This document shows, one piece after another, positions 12,255 through 24,612 of a DNA stretch of 64,000 nucleotides. The translations under genes were made by a program, and so were the position numbers. A model generated the notes under the pieces. It worked only from the letters and a program-made list of their open reading frames with translations. It ran no database searches and was not told the origin of the DNA. The DNA is taken from positions 32,674,001 through 32,738,000 of the forward strand of contig OZ024750.1 of NCBI GenBank assembly GCA_964016885.1. The letters are read 5' to 3'. This DNA comes from Eledone cirrhosa. Taxonomy: Eukaryota. Within the stretch, counting starts at the first letter, position 1, and each line of letters begins with the position of its first letter.

Positions 12255-13177
12255 CTTTAGGACCATTTATCTCAGGAATTTTACTTGCCCTAGATACTAG
12301 ATATATAGATTAGCACCATTTCTAAAATAATAAGGGAGCAATTTGAAATAGGAATAGCATACATTTCATATCTGGTCTGAGCCTTTTACTAGCTTTTAGG
12401 CTTAAATTTTCCATCTGTTCTGCTGCCTATTACCAGCTTTACCTGGACTTGTTTCTTGGAAATATCAAAGACCTTTGACTAATATGACTAACAGCACTTA
12501 AGGTGAATGATGTAGAAATCTCTGAACATCCAGTTTATCATATAGCAAATACAGAAATCATATAAGATTAACAGAGATTTTAGTATCTTCAGGGAACAGA
12601 AGAAGGAAGACCTGTAACTATATCTGTAAAACATATTCAGAAATGGTGTTACTAAGTTTTTATAGCAACAGGAATAACTCATTAGCAGAATTTTAAATGA
12701 TAAACTTTGATCAATATTGAGCAAGTGATGGTTTTCAGACTAATGTCTTTTGTAAACTGATGTCTGCACATATTGAATCTAAGCTGAAGGGCAATAATGA
12801 ATGTTTTGTCATGTATTGTAATTAATTGGTGTTTCACGTCTTTAAAATATTACTAATCATATCACAGTGGGAAAGACACAAAAACATAACAATTCACACT
12901 ATTTTCCACAATACATATGGTATTGTATGTGAAATTAATAATAAAAACAAGATAGATAGAGATAAATAAGAGGAAGGCCATGTCTCAATATCTAACTAAA
13001 TTACTTGTATTTTTTTAACACACTGCATAAACTAATAATGCTCTAGAAAAAAGCATGTCACACAACCTCACCATAAACTTCCTAAAGTTGATGAAAATTT
13101 CACATACAGGGGTTAGGGAATCATTTCTATATATTTCAATTTTTAAATCCAAACACCAAAACAGAATAATATAGTAC

Positions 13178-13475
13178 GTTATTGCAATGGGACAGAGTTA
13201 AGAGACTAACAGTACAGGCTATTTTATTTAGATTGGTATGCAAAGGGGCAGAGAGATAAAAAGCTAACAATACAGGCTATTTTATTCAGATTGTTATTAC
13301 AATTGGACAGAGATAAGAAGCTAACAGTACAAGCTATTTTATTGAGATTATTATTACAAAGAGACAGAGAAATAAGAAGCTATTTTCTTAAGATCGTTAT
13401 TACAGTGGTACAGAAACAAAGACTTAAAAATCAGGCTATTTTTTGAGATAGTTATTGCAATGGGACACAGAGAAG
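13178..13475. repeat. Degenerate ~55-57-bp tandem repeat (5-6 units)
   Basis: Recurring GTTATTRCAA...ACAGAGA...AAGCTAACAGTACAGGCTATTTT. Confidence 0.7.
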
Positions 13476-13486
13476 AAGCTAATAAT

Positions 13487-13864
13487 TGTTTCTACTTTTG
13501 GCACAAGGCCAGCAATTACCCAGTGCATTACTGGTACTTTGTTTTATCGACCCCGTCAGGATGACAGGCATATTTAACTCATCAAGATTTGAACTCAGAT
13601 TGGAAAGGGCCGTAACTCTATGTGTCAAAGCAAGGCGTCCATAATGGTTTCATAATATAATGCATCATCACTGTCTCTCTAGTGCAAATCTTGTATGAAT
13701 GTGTATTTTTGTAAGTCTGTCTGTGTTTGTGCATTTATAATAATTGTTTCTACTTTTGGCACAAGGCCAGCAAATACCTAGTGCATTACTGGTACTTAAT
13801 TTTATCGACCTCGTAAGGATGAAAGGCAAAGTTAACCTCGGCGGGATTTGAAATCAGAATGGCA
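13487..13864 (-). mobile_element. Composite SINE-B / spacer / SINE-B insertion with one shared TSD
   Basis: AAGCTAATAAT at 13476-13486 and 13865-13875 brackets two SINE copies and a ~100-bp spacer. Confidence 0.7.
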
Positions 13865-14727
13865 AAGCTAATAATGCATGTTATTGTCTTCAGAATTTTA
13901 TTGCAAGGGCAGCATTTTTAGTTGCAATATTCTATTCTAACATTAGCCACTTATATTCATTCGAATGCCTAAATGGACAATTAAATATTTTTCAATGATA
14001 ACAATACGGATTTAGTAAAAAAAATTGAGTGGATATGAAATTTTTTTAAGAAGTCCTTACATAAAAATTTTATAAGCTCTGATTTTTATTATTGAGCTTA
14101 AGGATAAAAATGAATCCATTGTTTGACACTAATGAAAGCACTTTATAACTTGCAATTCATTTTCCAAAAAAATGAACATACCATTACAACTGAAATTCAA
14201 ACTTCTATAAAACATCACAATTTTGTAATATGACAGGCTTCACCTTGAAGCACTTTAAATGTGAAATGCAAGCTATCAGAAAATTATCTTTTATAATGTA
14301 TTCTGCTATGAAGACAATGAAACCATTTAAAGTCTGAACCATAGACAATAATATTTCTATACAGAATTTTTGTTGGAATTTCATGGTTGATAGTATTAAT
14401 TGTCATATGTTTATTTCATCCCATTAACACTACTTATGATCACATTTGCATATGAAGAATAGATTAGTAGTACCATAGACTGTTTAGAATCATCAACAGA
14501 AATGTATTGACAAGATCTATATATCATCATCACCACCACCAAACCAACACCACCAGTACCAGCACCACCATCACCATCAACACCACCACCACCACAACCA
14601 TCAACAACACCACCACCATCACAACCACCATTGAATTTATTTTATTGTTGCACTTGGACAAGGGAGGTTGTCATGTTTTGACACAACTGAAGAGTCCTCC
14701 TGACCCTTATTTAATAGGTTTTCTTCA

Positions 14728-14925
14728 GCTGGACACTCTTCCTAATACCAACCATAGCTAGAAATCCTTCCTAATACCAACCATAACTAGGCACTCTTCC
14801 TATTACCAACCATAGCTGGACACCCTATTACCAACCATAGCTAGACACCCTTCCTATTACCAACCGTAGCTAGATACCCTTCATATTACCAACCATTGCT
14901 AGACACCCTTCCTATCATAAACCAC
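14728..14925. repeat. ~29-bp minisatellite derived from the LINE/SINE 3'UTR motif
   Basis: Units GCTAGACACCCTTCCTATTACCAACCATA resemble GCTGGATGCCCTTCCTAACACCAACC of the RTE/SINE tail. Confidence 0.7.
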
Positions 14926-15175
14926 AGAATTTCCAGGCATTCGACAATAACAACATATAGACTAAGTTCTGACAAGAATACATTGATAGATAAATTCGTC
15001 AAACCCTTTACCAAAACCTAAGTTTAGTTTTATCAGTTGAATAATATCACATTTGGAGAGATAAAAAAACAGTTGGTTCCAAATGCATTTCTTTTAGTAC
15101 AAATTTCACAAATATTTCCATCTTTTATAAGTTGTATTGATATGAAGAAGTATGAATTATTGATTAGAAGTTTAG

Positions 15176-15405
15176 TCTTCTTCTTCTTCTTCCATTTATT
15201 CCTGAGAGGGTCATAGGGGCTGAGTCCTCAAGCAACCATCAAAGCAACCATCTCCAACTGATTCAGTTGGATCCCCAAGCGAGACCAGCCAAGCTCATGG
15301 ATGTTATCCAACTATCTTGCTCTGGGTCTACCCCCAACTCTCTTGCCAGTTGGTTTTACCCATAAAATCTGTCCAGCAATTCTTTCCCGAAACATTTTGT
15401 TTAGT
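15176..15405 (-). mobile_element. RTE-type LINE 3' fragment with (GAA)n tail
   Basis: Minus translation ...ERIAGQILWVKPTGKRVGGRPRAR*LDNIHELGWSRLGI. Related copy at ~53090-53260. Confidence 0.75.
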
Positions 15406-15409
15406 TACA

Positions 15410-15575
15410 AGAGAAATGGTAAATATATTTGAGGGTGGCAAAAGGCAAGATGGCGTGACAATCTGACCCAATACTTTGGCCCTACATGGCCCAGTATGGC
15501 CAAAGATAGGAAGTGGTGGAGGTCAACCAAGGAGAGGTTCCTCTCACAGGAGTGAGAAGGCCCTAGATATAGATT
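15410..15575 (+). mobile_element. RTE-type LINE 3' fragment (another family)
   Basis: Plus translation KARWRDNLTQYFGPTWPSMAKDRKWWRSTKERFLSQE*. The same 3' end occurs on minus at ~24640-24730 with a (GGATT)n-like tail. Confidence 0.7.
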
Positions 15576-15860
15576 GCTATAATTTTCCAATATATAGTCA
15601 ATATATTTATTTAATCAATGAGTGTGACAGTTCATCAAAATTCAAAATTCAGAAATGTAATTCAAATTTCTTCAATCAAAGAAATTCTATCAGAGTTAGC
15701 TATAAGTATTATCTCTGATATTAATTCTGATGTACTGTTGCTTGGCTCTGATGTAAAGTTGATTATGAGAGTTAGCTTTAGTGGTAAGAAACTCTCAGAA
15801 GACCTGCACAGCAGAAGGTTTCAGAGAAGAAACCTTCCCTCAAGCAAGTGTTTTGGCTCT

Positions 15861-16075
15861 TTAGCTCTGATATATAGTGGTTATGGGAGTTAGCTATAAG
15901 TTTTAGCTCTGATATATAGTGGCTATGGGAGTTAGCTATAAGTATTAGCTCTGATATATAGTGGCTATGGGAGTTAGCTATAAGTATTAGCTCTGATATA
16001 TAGTGGCTATAAGTTTTAGCTATAAGTTTTAGCTCTGATATATAGTGGTTATGGGAGTTAGCTATAAGTATTAGC
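15861..16075. repeat. 42-bp minisatellite (~5 units)
   Basis: Unit TTAGCTCTGATATATAGTGGCTATGGGAGTTAGCTATAAGTA. Confidence 0.9.
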
Positions 16076-16262
16076 GATGGGACTGAATGTGGTACTGTGT
16101 GATTGTGGTTGGATGGAATGTGGTACTGTGTGATTGTGGTTGGATGGAATGTGGTACTGTGTGATTGTGGTTGGATGGAATGTGGTACTGTGTGATTGTA
16201 GCTGGATGGAATGTGGTACTGTGTGATTGTAGCTGGATGGAATGTGGTACTGTGTGATTGTG
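16076..16262. repeat. 31-bp minisatellite (~6 units)
   Basis: Unit GGATGGAATGTGGTACTGTGTGATTGTGGTT. Confidence 0.9.
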
Positions 16263-16704
16263 AAACAAACTTCTTAACTACATAACCATACTGCACTCAT
16301 TGTATTACAAGTTAAAATTCTTTTAAAAATCAATATTAAGTGAAAAAATGTTTATCTTATTTTGATTATCAGTAACAACAAAATTCTTTTTGAATTAACA
16401 ATAACTATAATCTCATCTAAATACACTCCGCACCCCTAACCCATCCCACCCCACCCCACCCCACCCAAAAGTGGATTTAAAAGATATCTAGAAATGTTTT
16501 AATCAATATTATATATGACCTGTAAATCTTTCAACATAACACTTTCAGAAAATGTTAACTTTCAGGAAATATGACTATGTCTTCAGAAAATGTTGTTTAT
16601 ATAATGTCATTAGATCTTCTTGGAATTTTTGTTATGTTTTATTAATTCATTTATTTATTTGTGTTGTTGAAAAGTGTGATGTTACATTTATTGCAATAGA
16701 TTAT

Positions 16705-17265
16705 TGAGAGAGTGAGAAAGGGGTGGGGGTTGAGTAGAGATAGAGAGAGGGGGTAGAGTAGAGATAGAGAGAGAGGGGGTAGTGATAGAGAGAGAGAGAG
16801 TAGTGATAGAGAGAGAGAGAGTAGTGATAGAGAGAGAGGGGTAGAGTAGAGAGAGAGTAGTGATAGAGAGAGAGGGGGTAGAGTAGAGAGAGAGAGTAGT
16901 GATAGAGAGAGAGGGGGTAGAATAGAGAGAGAGGGCAGGGGTAGAGTAGAGATTGAGAGAGAGAGGGTAGTAATAGAGAGAGAGGGGGTAGTGATAGAGA
17001 GAGAGGGGGTAGTGATAGAGAGAGAAGGGGTAGAATAGAGATATATAGAGAGAGAAGGTAGAGTAGAGAGAGAGAGAGAAGGGGTAGAGTAGTGATAGAG
17101 AGAGAGGGGGTAGTGATAGAGAGAGAGAGGGTAGAGTAGAGATAGAGAGAGAGGGGGTAGAGATAGAGATAGGATGTAGAGGGAAGGGAGAGATAGAGAT
17201 TGAGAGAGAGAAGGAAGGTAGAGATTGAAAGACAGAGGATATATATAGAGAGAGGAGGTAGAGAT

Positions 17266-17351
<86 letters not shown>

Positions 17352-17367
17352 GGGGGAGAGAGAGAGA
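16705..17367. repeat. Polypurine (GA/GTA)-rich compound repeat
   Basis: Directly visible. Confidence 0.9.
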
Positions 17368-17559
17368 TTATCCACACAATCATAATTTCTACTAAAGAAA
17401 TATAAGTTCATATACAATTTATATCTGTACAAATTGCTTAAGTTTCTTCACTGGATGCCCTTCCATACACACACACAGATATACACATACACACACACAG
17501 ACATACACACACACATGCGCGCACACACATATATATCGAGTCTCTACTGTATGAAGATC

Positions 17560-17730
17560 AGGAAAATCATAAATCATAATAGTACTTGTTGCACATATAT
17601 GGGCTGTCCAAGGAGCTGAAGAGCTACTTCTGTAAGGTTGTTATGCATACAACCTCATAAATAAATGATGGAGACATCATAATATTGACTGGTGATTTTA
17701 ATAGTCATGTGGTTTTGATGGTGTCCAAGA
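17560..17730 (+). mobile_element. LINE AP-endonuclease relic
   Basis: Translates DIIILTGDFNSHV, the APE GDFNxH motif. Confidence 0.55.
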
Positions 17731-17849
17731 ATATTTACAGTTAACATGGTACTGTGTGATTGTGAAGCAAACTTCTTAAACCATATAGCTATCTGCACTC
17801 TTTATTTTATAAGTTAAAATTTTCTTAATATCAATTGAGAAAATTATAT

Positions 17850-18166
17850 TTAACACTTTAGCATTTAAACCAGCTGTAGCCAGCCAGAATTCTTTCACAT
17901 CTTTCTGTTCAAACCAGCCATACCCAGTCACTCATACTGATGTTAAGATATTGTTTTCAAAATAAATAATACCAAAATCTTGTAGATTCAACATTATGTG
18001 AGATAATTATGTGAGCTGAATCCTTTACTATGAAAATATAATTGTTTCTACTTTTGGCACAAGGCCAGCAATCACCCAGTGCATTACTGGTACTTTATTT
18101 TGAAAATATTTACTATTATGAAAATATAATAGTAAATATAGAGTTATGTAAATGCTAAAGGGTTAA
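17850..18166. mobile_element. piggyBac-type MITE with nested SINE-B tail
   Basis: TTAA|CACTTTAGCATTTA ... TAAATGCTAAAGGG|TTAA termini; SINE fragment at ~18038-18100. Confidence 0.75.
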
Positions 18167-18388
18167 ACCATATAGCCATCTGTACTCTTTATGTTATAAG
18201 TTAAAATTTCTTTAATATCAATATCAACTGAGAAAACTATATTTAAATTTAATTATAAGTAACAACTAAATTCTTTTAAATTAACAATAAGTAGAAGTTG
18301 GTCTAAGTAAATCCCACACCCCTCCTCCATAAAAAATGAATTTAAAAGATATCTAAAATGTTTTAATCGATATTATATATGGCCTGTT

Positions 18389-18493
18389 CAAATCCCGCCG
18401 AGGTTGACTTTGCCTTTCATCCTTACGGGTCGATAAAATAAAGTACCAGTAATGCACTGAGTAATTGCTGGCCTTGTGCCTAAAGTAGAAACA
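18389..18493 (+). mobile_element. 5'-truncated SINE-B with 17-bp TSD
   Basis: ATTATATATGGCCTGTT occurs on both sides. Confidence 0.85.
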
Positions 18494-19336
18494 ATTATAT
18501 ATGGCCTGTTATTCCTCCTGGATAAGACTTTCAAGAAATACTAACTTTCAAGCACAGGTGATCTTGGTAAGATTTGAACTCAGAAAACCAGGCACTGGTA
18601 TAAAATAAATACTACAATCCATTTCATGCAAAGTTCTAAAGCTTCCTCCAATTTGTTGTCTGTAGGAATGGTCATAAATCTGTTTAAAAAAGCTGAACTA
18701 AAAGAAACCCTAATTGATTCAAATTGGTTTTTAAGTACAAAATAAGCCAAATGCAACCATTATGAAATGCCATCATCAAAAAATATTTTGAAAAAAATGA
18801 AGAATAAGATTTAGACTTTAAGTTTTAAAACTTTTGTTATCAAGTAATAATTTCTCTAAAATATATTTTAGAAATAAATGAATAATATTGAATCCATATG
18901 ACTTTAATTGCACATTTTTGGAAACTGCCATACTTAAAACATCTTTATGGAAATGTACAAATTGAAGATTGGGCATGATTATAATGAAGAAAATTATTAA
19001 CATGTCACTTCTAGCTGTATTAAAATGTTAACAGCACACCAGTCATGAAATATTTACAAGGGTTTCTCAAGTTGATGAGGAATTCATCAAATAATAGAAA
19101 CATGCTACAATTATTTTTTCAATTTTCAATATTTCAATGTTCATCATCATCATTGCTTTCATAATAATAATGCTAATGATAATAATAATAATGATAATAA
19201 TAATTGTTTCTACTTTTGGCACAAGGCCAGCAAATACCCAGTGTATTACTGGTACTTTATTTTATCGACCCCGTAAGGATGAAAGGCAAAGTTAACCTTG
19301 GCGGGTTTGAACTCAGAATGGCAAAATGATAATAAT

Positions 19337-20128
19337 AGAAGGACTGATTATATCAGTACAAGATCTGAGTCTGCCAACAAAAATTATCAGCTAACATATT
19401 AAAAAATGGATGCAACCCATTATGCTGTGCATGTAAAAAACAACCAGAGACCATTGATCATATAATTTCAACATGCAGTCCTATAGCTCCAACCGAATAC
19501 CTAATCAGGCATGACAGAGCTGCACAATACATACATTGGATAATGTGTAAGCACTTTGACCTGCCCCATCAAAAGAATTGGTGGGAGCATCAACCACCTC
19601 CCGTACTTGAAAAAGATCACATCTCAATCATGTGGAACTTTAGCATCCAAACAGACCGAAAAATAGATGCAAATAGACCTGATATAATATTGAAGGACTT
19701 TAAAAAGAGGGTATGCCTGCTAATTGATATGTCCGTTCCAATAGACAAGAATGTATCTATAAAAACATTTGAAAAATTAAGCAAGTATAAAGACTTGGAG
19801 ATAGAAATTGGAAAAATGGGGAAGTTGAGAACTAAAACAATACCAGTGGTTGTGGGTGCTCTAGGAATGATACCTAAGGGGTCTAATGATTACTTATTGC
19901 AAATCCCAGGAAACCCGAGTATAGGAGAAATACAAAAGATAGTACTAATGGGAACTGCCCATATATTAAGGAAGATTCTGTCAATATAAGTACATCACAA
20001 GTCTAAACACCTAAAGATGCATGTGTATGTATGTTCTTTCTTGAACATGGCAGACCTTGTTGTCTCTTGAGGTCACTGGTTGTGACTTGGTGATAACTCG
20101 TATGATCATAAACAAGATAAATGCAACT

Positions 20129-20160
<32 letters not shown>
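19337..20160 (+). mobile_element. Dong/R4-clade non-LTR retrotransposon 3' fragment (CCHC knuckle + restriction-like endonuclease)
   Basis: EGLIISVQD..., then in-frame CCACKKQPETIDHIISTC...RHD...RPDIILKD...IDMSVP...EKLSKYKDL (ORF ends 19989); 3'UTR ends in (TAA)n and the 5' side is also TAA-rich. Confidence 0.85.
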
Positions 20161-20161
<1 letters not shown>

Positions 20162-20639
20162 TTGATTTCTAATTTAGGCACAAGGTCAGCAAATTGGGAG
20201 TTATGGGAAGGTGAAAGTTGATCCCCATCAATAATAATAATAATAATTTTTCTTTTCTTTTGTAAGGTAAAGCATCTTAATTAGCTTCAGATCCATCCTC
20301 TGATCTTAGAGGCTCAATAATAATAATAATTGTTTATAATTTAGGCACAAGGCCAGCAATTTGAGGGGAGGGGAAGTCAATTAAATCAAACCCGTAAGCT
20401 AACCTTGGCTGGGATTTTACCTCAGAATGTAAAAGACCATAATTATATGCTGCAAAGCATGGCGTCTGACGCTCTACCAATTATGCCAATCCAATAATAA
20501 TTATTATTATTTATCATTATCATCTGTTACATCCATTGTTTTTGTTTTTTTTACACGCAGAAATGCCCATTTGTACTGTCCTGTATTGTCCTCTACTGTC
20601 CTTAATGTCTTACTTTGTGTAAACGCTTGTGGTTAATAA

Positions 20640-20983
20640 AGAAATCATTATTATTTCTATTATTATTGTGCATCATTACTGCTTTACCAAGCACAATACT
20701 GTGTGCCTTGGGTATGAACAGTGTAATTTTTGCTGATGTTGTTTCTATTGTATTGATAGTACTTTTCGTAATATGTATGCAGTGCCTAGAAGTGCTATCT
20801 TTTGTATGCTGTATATATTTGTAAATCCTGGGGTTTTGTCCGTGTGTTTTTTTATCATTCCTAGATCCCATATTCTTATAGGTATTGTTTCTGTTTTCAT
20901 TTTCAACATTCGAGTTATTTCTATCTCTAGATCTTTATATTTGGAGAGTTTCTCTATTTCCTTGGAAGATATATTTTCATCTA

Positions 20984-20985
<2 letters not shown>
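20640..20985 (-). mobile_element. Second Dong/R4-type 3' fragment
   Basis: Minus translation EKLSKYKDLEIEITRM...TIP...IQKIALLGTAYILRKVLSI, abutting a (TAA)n tract at 20985-21027. Confidence 0.8.
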
Positions 20986-21027
<42 letters not shown>

Positions 21028-21536
21028 GGGCGTCTGTTTAAAACTATTGTTTGTATTTTCATTCAAAGCTATCATTTATTTCATTATATTATTTAAATTC
21101 AATTATAGAATTTTACAGCTGTATTCTTCAATACAGTGGACATATGCAGAATTATAAAAACAGTCTTAATAAAAATGCAAATAAATGAAACACTCTAAAA
21201 GCGTAGACATAAATATGACCATAATTGAATTATAAAGAACACAATCACACCAATAAATGTTTGCTACTTTTTCAGTCTATTCTAAAAGACAAAATATTTT
21301 GATATTTTTTACTATTTATTGCTAAGTTTAAAATTTGAATTTTAAAAATCATAAAAATGAATTTTCGTTTAATTTATAATTTTGAGATATGAATTATTGC
21401 AACTACGTTAAAATCAATCAAAGCAATATGTTCCTCGTATAATCTATAACAATTATAGATTATATAACTTTATATATGTAGATAGCATATATATGTAGAT
21501 AGATTGGTGAACCAGAAGCAATTTGTATTATCATGT

Positions 21537-21764
21537 TTAACCCTTTAGCAGTTAAACCAGCCGTACCCAGCCAGAATTCCTCACCTTTTTCTATTCAAAC
21601 TAGCTGTAACCGGTCACTCATACTAATGTTAAGGTATTTTTCTCAAAATAAATAATCTCGAAATCTCATAGATTCGATATTATGTGAGATAATTGTGTGA
21701 GGTAAAGCTTTTACCGTGAAAATACAATAGTAAATATAGAATAATGTAAATGCTAAAGGGTTAA
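21537..21764. mobile_element. piggyBac-type MITE
   Basis: TTAA|CCCTTTAGCA...TGCTAAAGGG|TTAA. Confidence 0.85.
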
Positions 21765-22367
21765 ATTCTTCCTGTGACTCTGAACAAGTGTGAAATTTGT
21801 TCTCTTTTAAATTCTCTACAGCTATGTATCAATGCAATAATATGTATTTTATATATCTATGTGAACTGAATCTACTACTAGGGGCGTTGGAAATCTAACA
21901 AAAAAAACTATCAAACAAGGGATATAGCCCCAATGAAATCAATTAATTTAAAGTTTATTCGGTTTAAAGGTCTGCTGAATAGAATATGCTTTGCTAAGGA
22001 GAGTTTAATAAGGCAGAAACATTACTTTTGTTTTTACTCTATAGTTTTAAAGATAAGATTTACTCATGTCTGCATTGTTTATTTTACACGTAATTAGTCT
22101 GTTGAAATGCTATTTGTAAAGAAAAGAATCTTATTCAAAGACTGCAGACATTATATTTTCATTCAATTCACAACTTTCCTTGCTTAACAATTTTTCTTTA
22201 TCTTTTTTGTTATGTTTATTTTGCCTCCTGTTGCTCTTCTCTATATAGATTTTTTATTTCATTTTATTTATTTATTAAATTTGAATTTTTATCTTTATAT
22301 TCACTTATATATATACATATATATATATATATACTTCGTTTTTGTATGACCCTTCCAAAGTATAACT

Positions 22368-22802
22368 ATCATCATCATAATCATCATCATTTTACGTCCG
22401 CTTTTCCCTGCTTGCAAAGGTGGGAAGGGTGGGACCGGGTTGTCCTGCTCTGGTCGACTGATTTTATCTTGCTCATACGGGAACTGATTCTGGCTTGATT
22501 TCTACAGCTGGATGCCCTTCCTAACACCAACCTCATTTACAGTGAGTGCTGGGTGCTTTTTTTCCATGACGCCTACACATCCACTTTACAGTGTGGGCTG
22601 GGTGCTTTTTTGCCGTGGCACCTCCATGACCACTTTGCAGTGGAATGATATGGACCTCAGTCCTAGCATCTCATTTCTACAGCTGAGTAAACTGGAGCAA
22701 TGTGAAATAAAGTGTCTTGCTCAAGGAAACAACACATCACCCGGTCTGAGAATTGAACTCATAACCTTTCGATTGCAAGCCCAATGCTCTAACCACTAAG
22801 CC
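22368..22802 (-). mobile_element. CORE-type SINE family A, long variant
   Basis: Same head and core, plus extra RTE-3'UTR segments absent from the common short form. Confidence 0.85.
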
Positions 22803-23204
22803 AAATGTATACATATTTGTTTCTCAACTATAAGAAGTACTAGATACCTAGTTTGTCGTGGCTTACACGCTCTGTACAGACATTTAAACTGATTAAATGA
22901 ATAAATAAATAAGTCCAAAATAGCTTAAATCTGATATGAATCTAAATATTCTTTGTGTTCTTCAGTAAATTAAGTAAAACTGTAAAAATTGTTTAGATTT
23001 TCTTATCTTACTCATTGAGGGATTTACTTCTTTACAAAATATGAATTAAAACATTTATAATCCATAGAAAGGATAGAATAGTTGGAAGACAATATGACAA
23101 TGTGAAGGAAAAACTTTTAGATTTACAACGAATCATGAAAATTATTCTTTGTGGCAAAAATGCTAAACATAAAATATTTTTGCTATTCACTCTGTCAAGA
23201 TTAA

Positions 23205-23437
23205 TACTTAAACATTTACATTACTTTATATTTACTATTATATGTTTTTCATGGTAAAGGAAAGGCTTTACCCCACATAATTATCTCACATAATATCGAA
23301 TCTATAAGATTTTGATATTATTTATTTTTGGAACAATACCTGAACATAAGTATGATTGGCCAGTTATGGCTAATTTGAACAGAAAGAGGTGAGAGAATTA
23401 TGGCCAGATACCGCCGGTTTAAATGGTAAAGGGTTAA
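23205..23437. mobile_element. piggyBac-type MITE (reverse orientation)
   Basis: Reverse complement of the 21537-21764 family; ends AAAGGG|TTAA. Confidence 0.7.
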
Positions 23438-23880
23438 TAATTGTTTCTACTTTAGGCACAAGGCCAGCAATTACCCAGAGGAGGCACATGGCTTAGTGGT
23501 TAGAGCATTGGCCTTGCAATCGAAAGGTTGTGAGTTCAATTCTCAGACCGGGTGATGTGTTGTTTCCTTGAGCAAGACACTTTATTTCACATTGCTCCAG
23601 TTTACTCAGCTGTAGAAATGAGATGATAGGGACTGAGGTCCATATCATTCCACTGCAAAGTGGTCGTGGAGGTGCCACGGCAAAAAAGCACCCAGCACTC
23701 ACTGTAAATGAGGTTGGTGTTAGGAAGGGCATCCAGCTGTAGAAATCAAGCCAGAATCAGTTCCCGTCCCACCCTTGCTAGCAGGGAAAAGCGGACGTAA
23801 AATGAAATGATGATGATGATGATGATGATTACTGGTACTTTATTTTATCGACCCCGTAAGGATGAAAGGCAAAGTCAACC
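23438..23880. mobile_element. SINE-B (minus) interrupted by a full-length SINE-A (plus, 23480-23829)
   Basis: SINE-B halves ...AATTACCCAG | TACTGGTACTT... flank SINE-A; outer TSD AAAGGGTTAATAAT. Confidence 0.85.
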
Positions 23881-24236
23881 AAAGGGTTAATAATAACTTT
23901 TTATCTAATTATGTGTGGCTTAGAGGTTAGGGAGTTGGATTCATAATCGTGAGGTTGTGAGTTCGATTCCCTGGCCATGCAATGCATTGTGTCCTTGACT
24001 AAGATGTTTCATTTCATGTTGTTCCTTCTGCTAGGAGCTACGACCAGTAGATAGTATGAACTATTGGAAAGACCAATGGAAACATTGTTTATTTGGTCTG
24101 ATCTTCCATTCCACTCACTAAGTGAATGTGGTCTGGGGTCTTGTTGATTTGGATCAATATTATCACTTGTCGAATCATATGATCTGACTCACCATGTATT
24201 GAGTTCATATGTGGACAGAGGTATAGTTCTGTCATA

Positions 24237-24612
24237 TCATCATCATCATCATTTTACGTCCGCTTTTCCCTGCTTGCAAGGGTGGGACGGTAACTGATTC
24301 TGGCTCGATTTCTACAGCTGGATGCCCTTCCTAACACTAACCTCATTTACAGTGAGTGCTGGGTGCTTTTTTTACACGTCCACTTTACAGCGTGGGCTGG
24401 GTGCTTTTTTGCCATGGCACCTCCACGACCACTTTGCAGTGGAATGATAGGGACCCCAGTCCTATCATCTCATTTCTACAGCTGAGTAAACTGGAGCAAT
24501 GTGAAATAAAGTGTCTTGCTCAAGGAAACAACACATCACCCAGTCTGAAAATTGAACTCACAACCTTTTGATTGCAAGGCCAATGCTCTAACCACTAAGC
24601 CATGTGCCTCCA
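24237..24612 (-). mobile_element. CORE-type SINE family A
   Basis: Family match; carries one extra internal unit. Confidence 0.85.

Noticed and set aside
13005-13042. Minus-strand 38-nt exon candidate (SIISLCSVLKKY)
   Set aside because: Weak donor; such matches are expected by chance in AT-rich DNA.
16688-17432. Long Ser/Leu-, His/Thr- or Tyr/Ile-rich ORFs (also ~5100, 10700, 36100, 51000)
   Set aside because: Translations of microsatellites.
22512-22799. Recurrent 'MPFLTPTSFTVSAGC...' ORFs as a gene family
   Set aside because: They are antisense readings of SINE family A copies.
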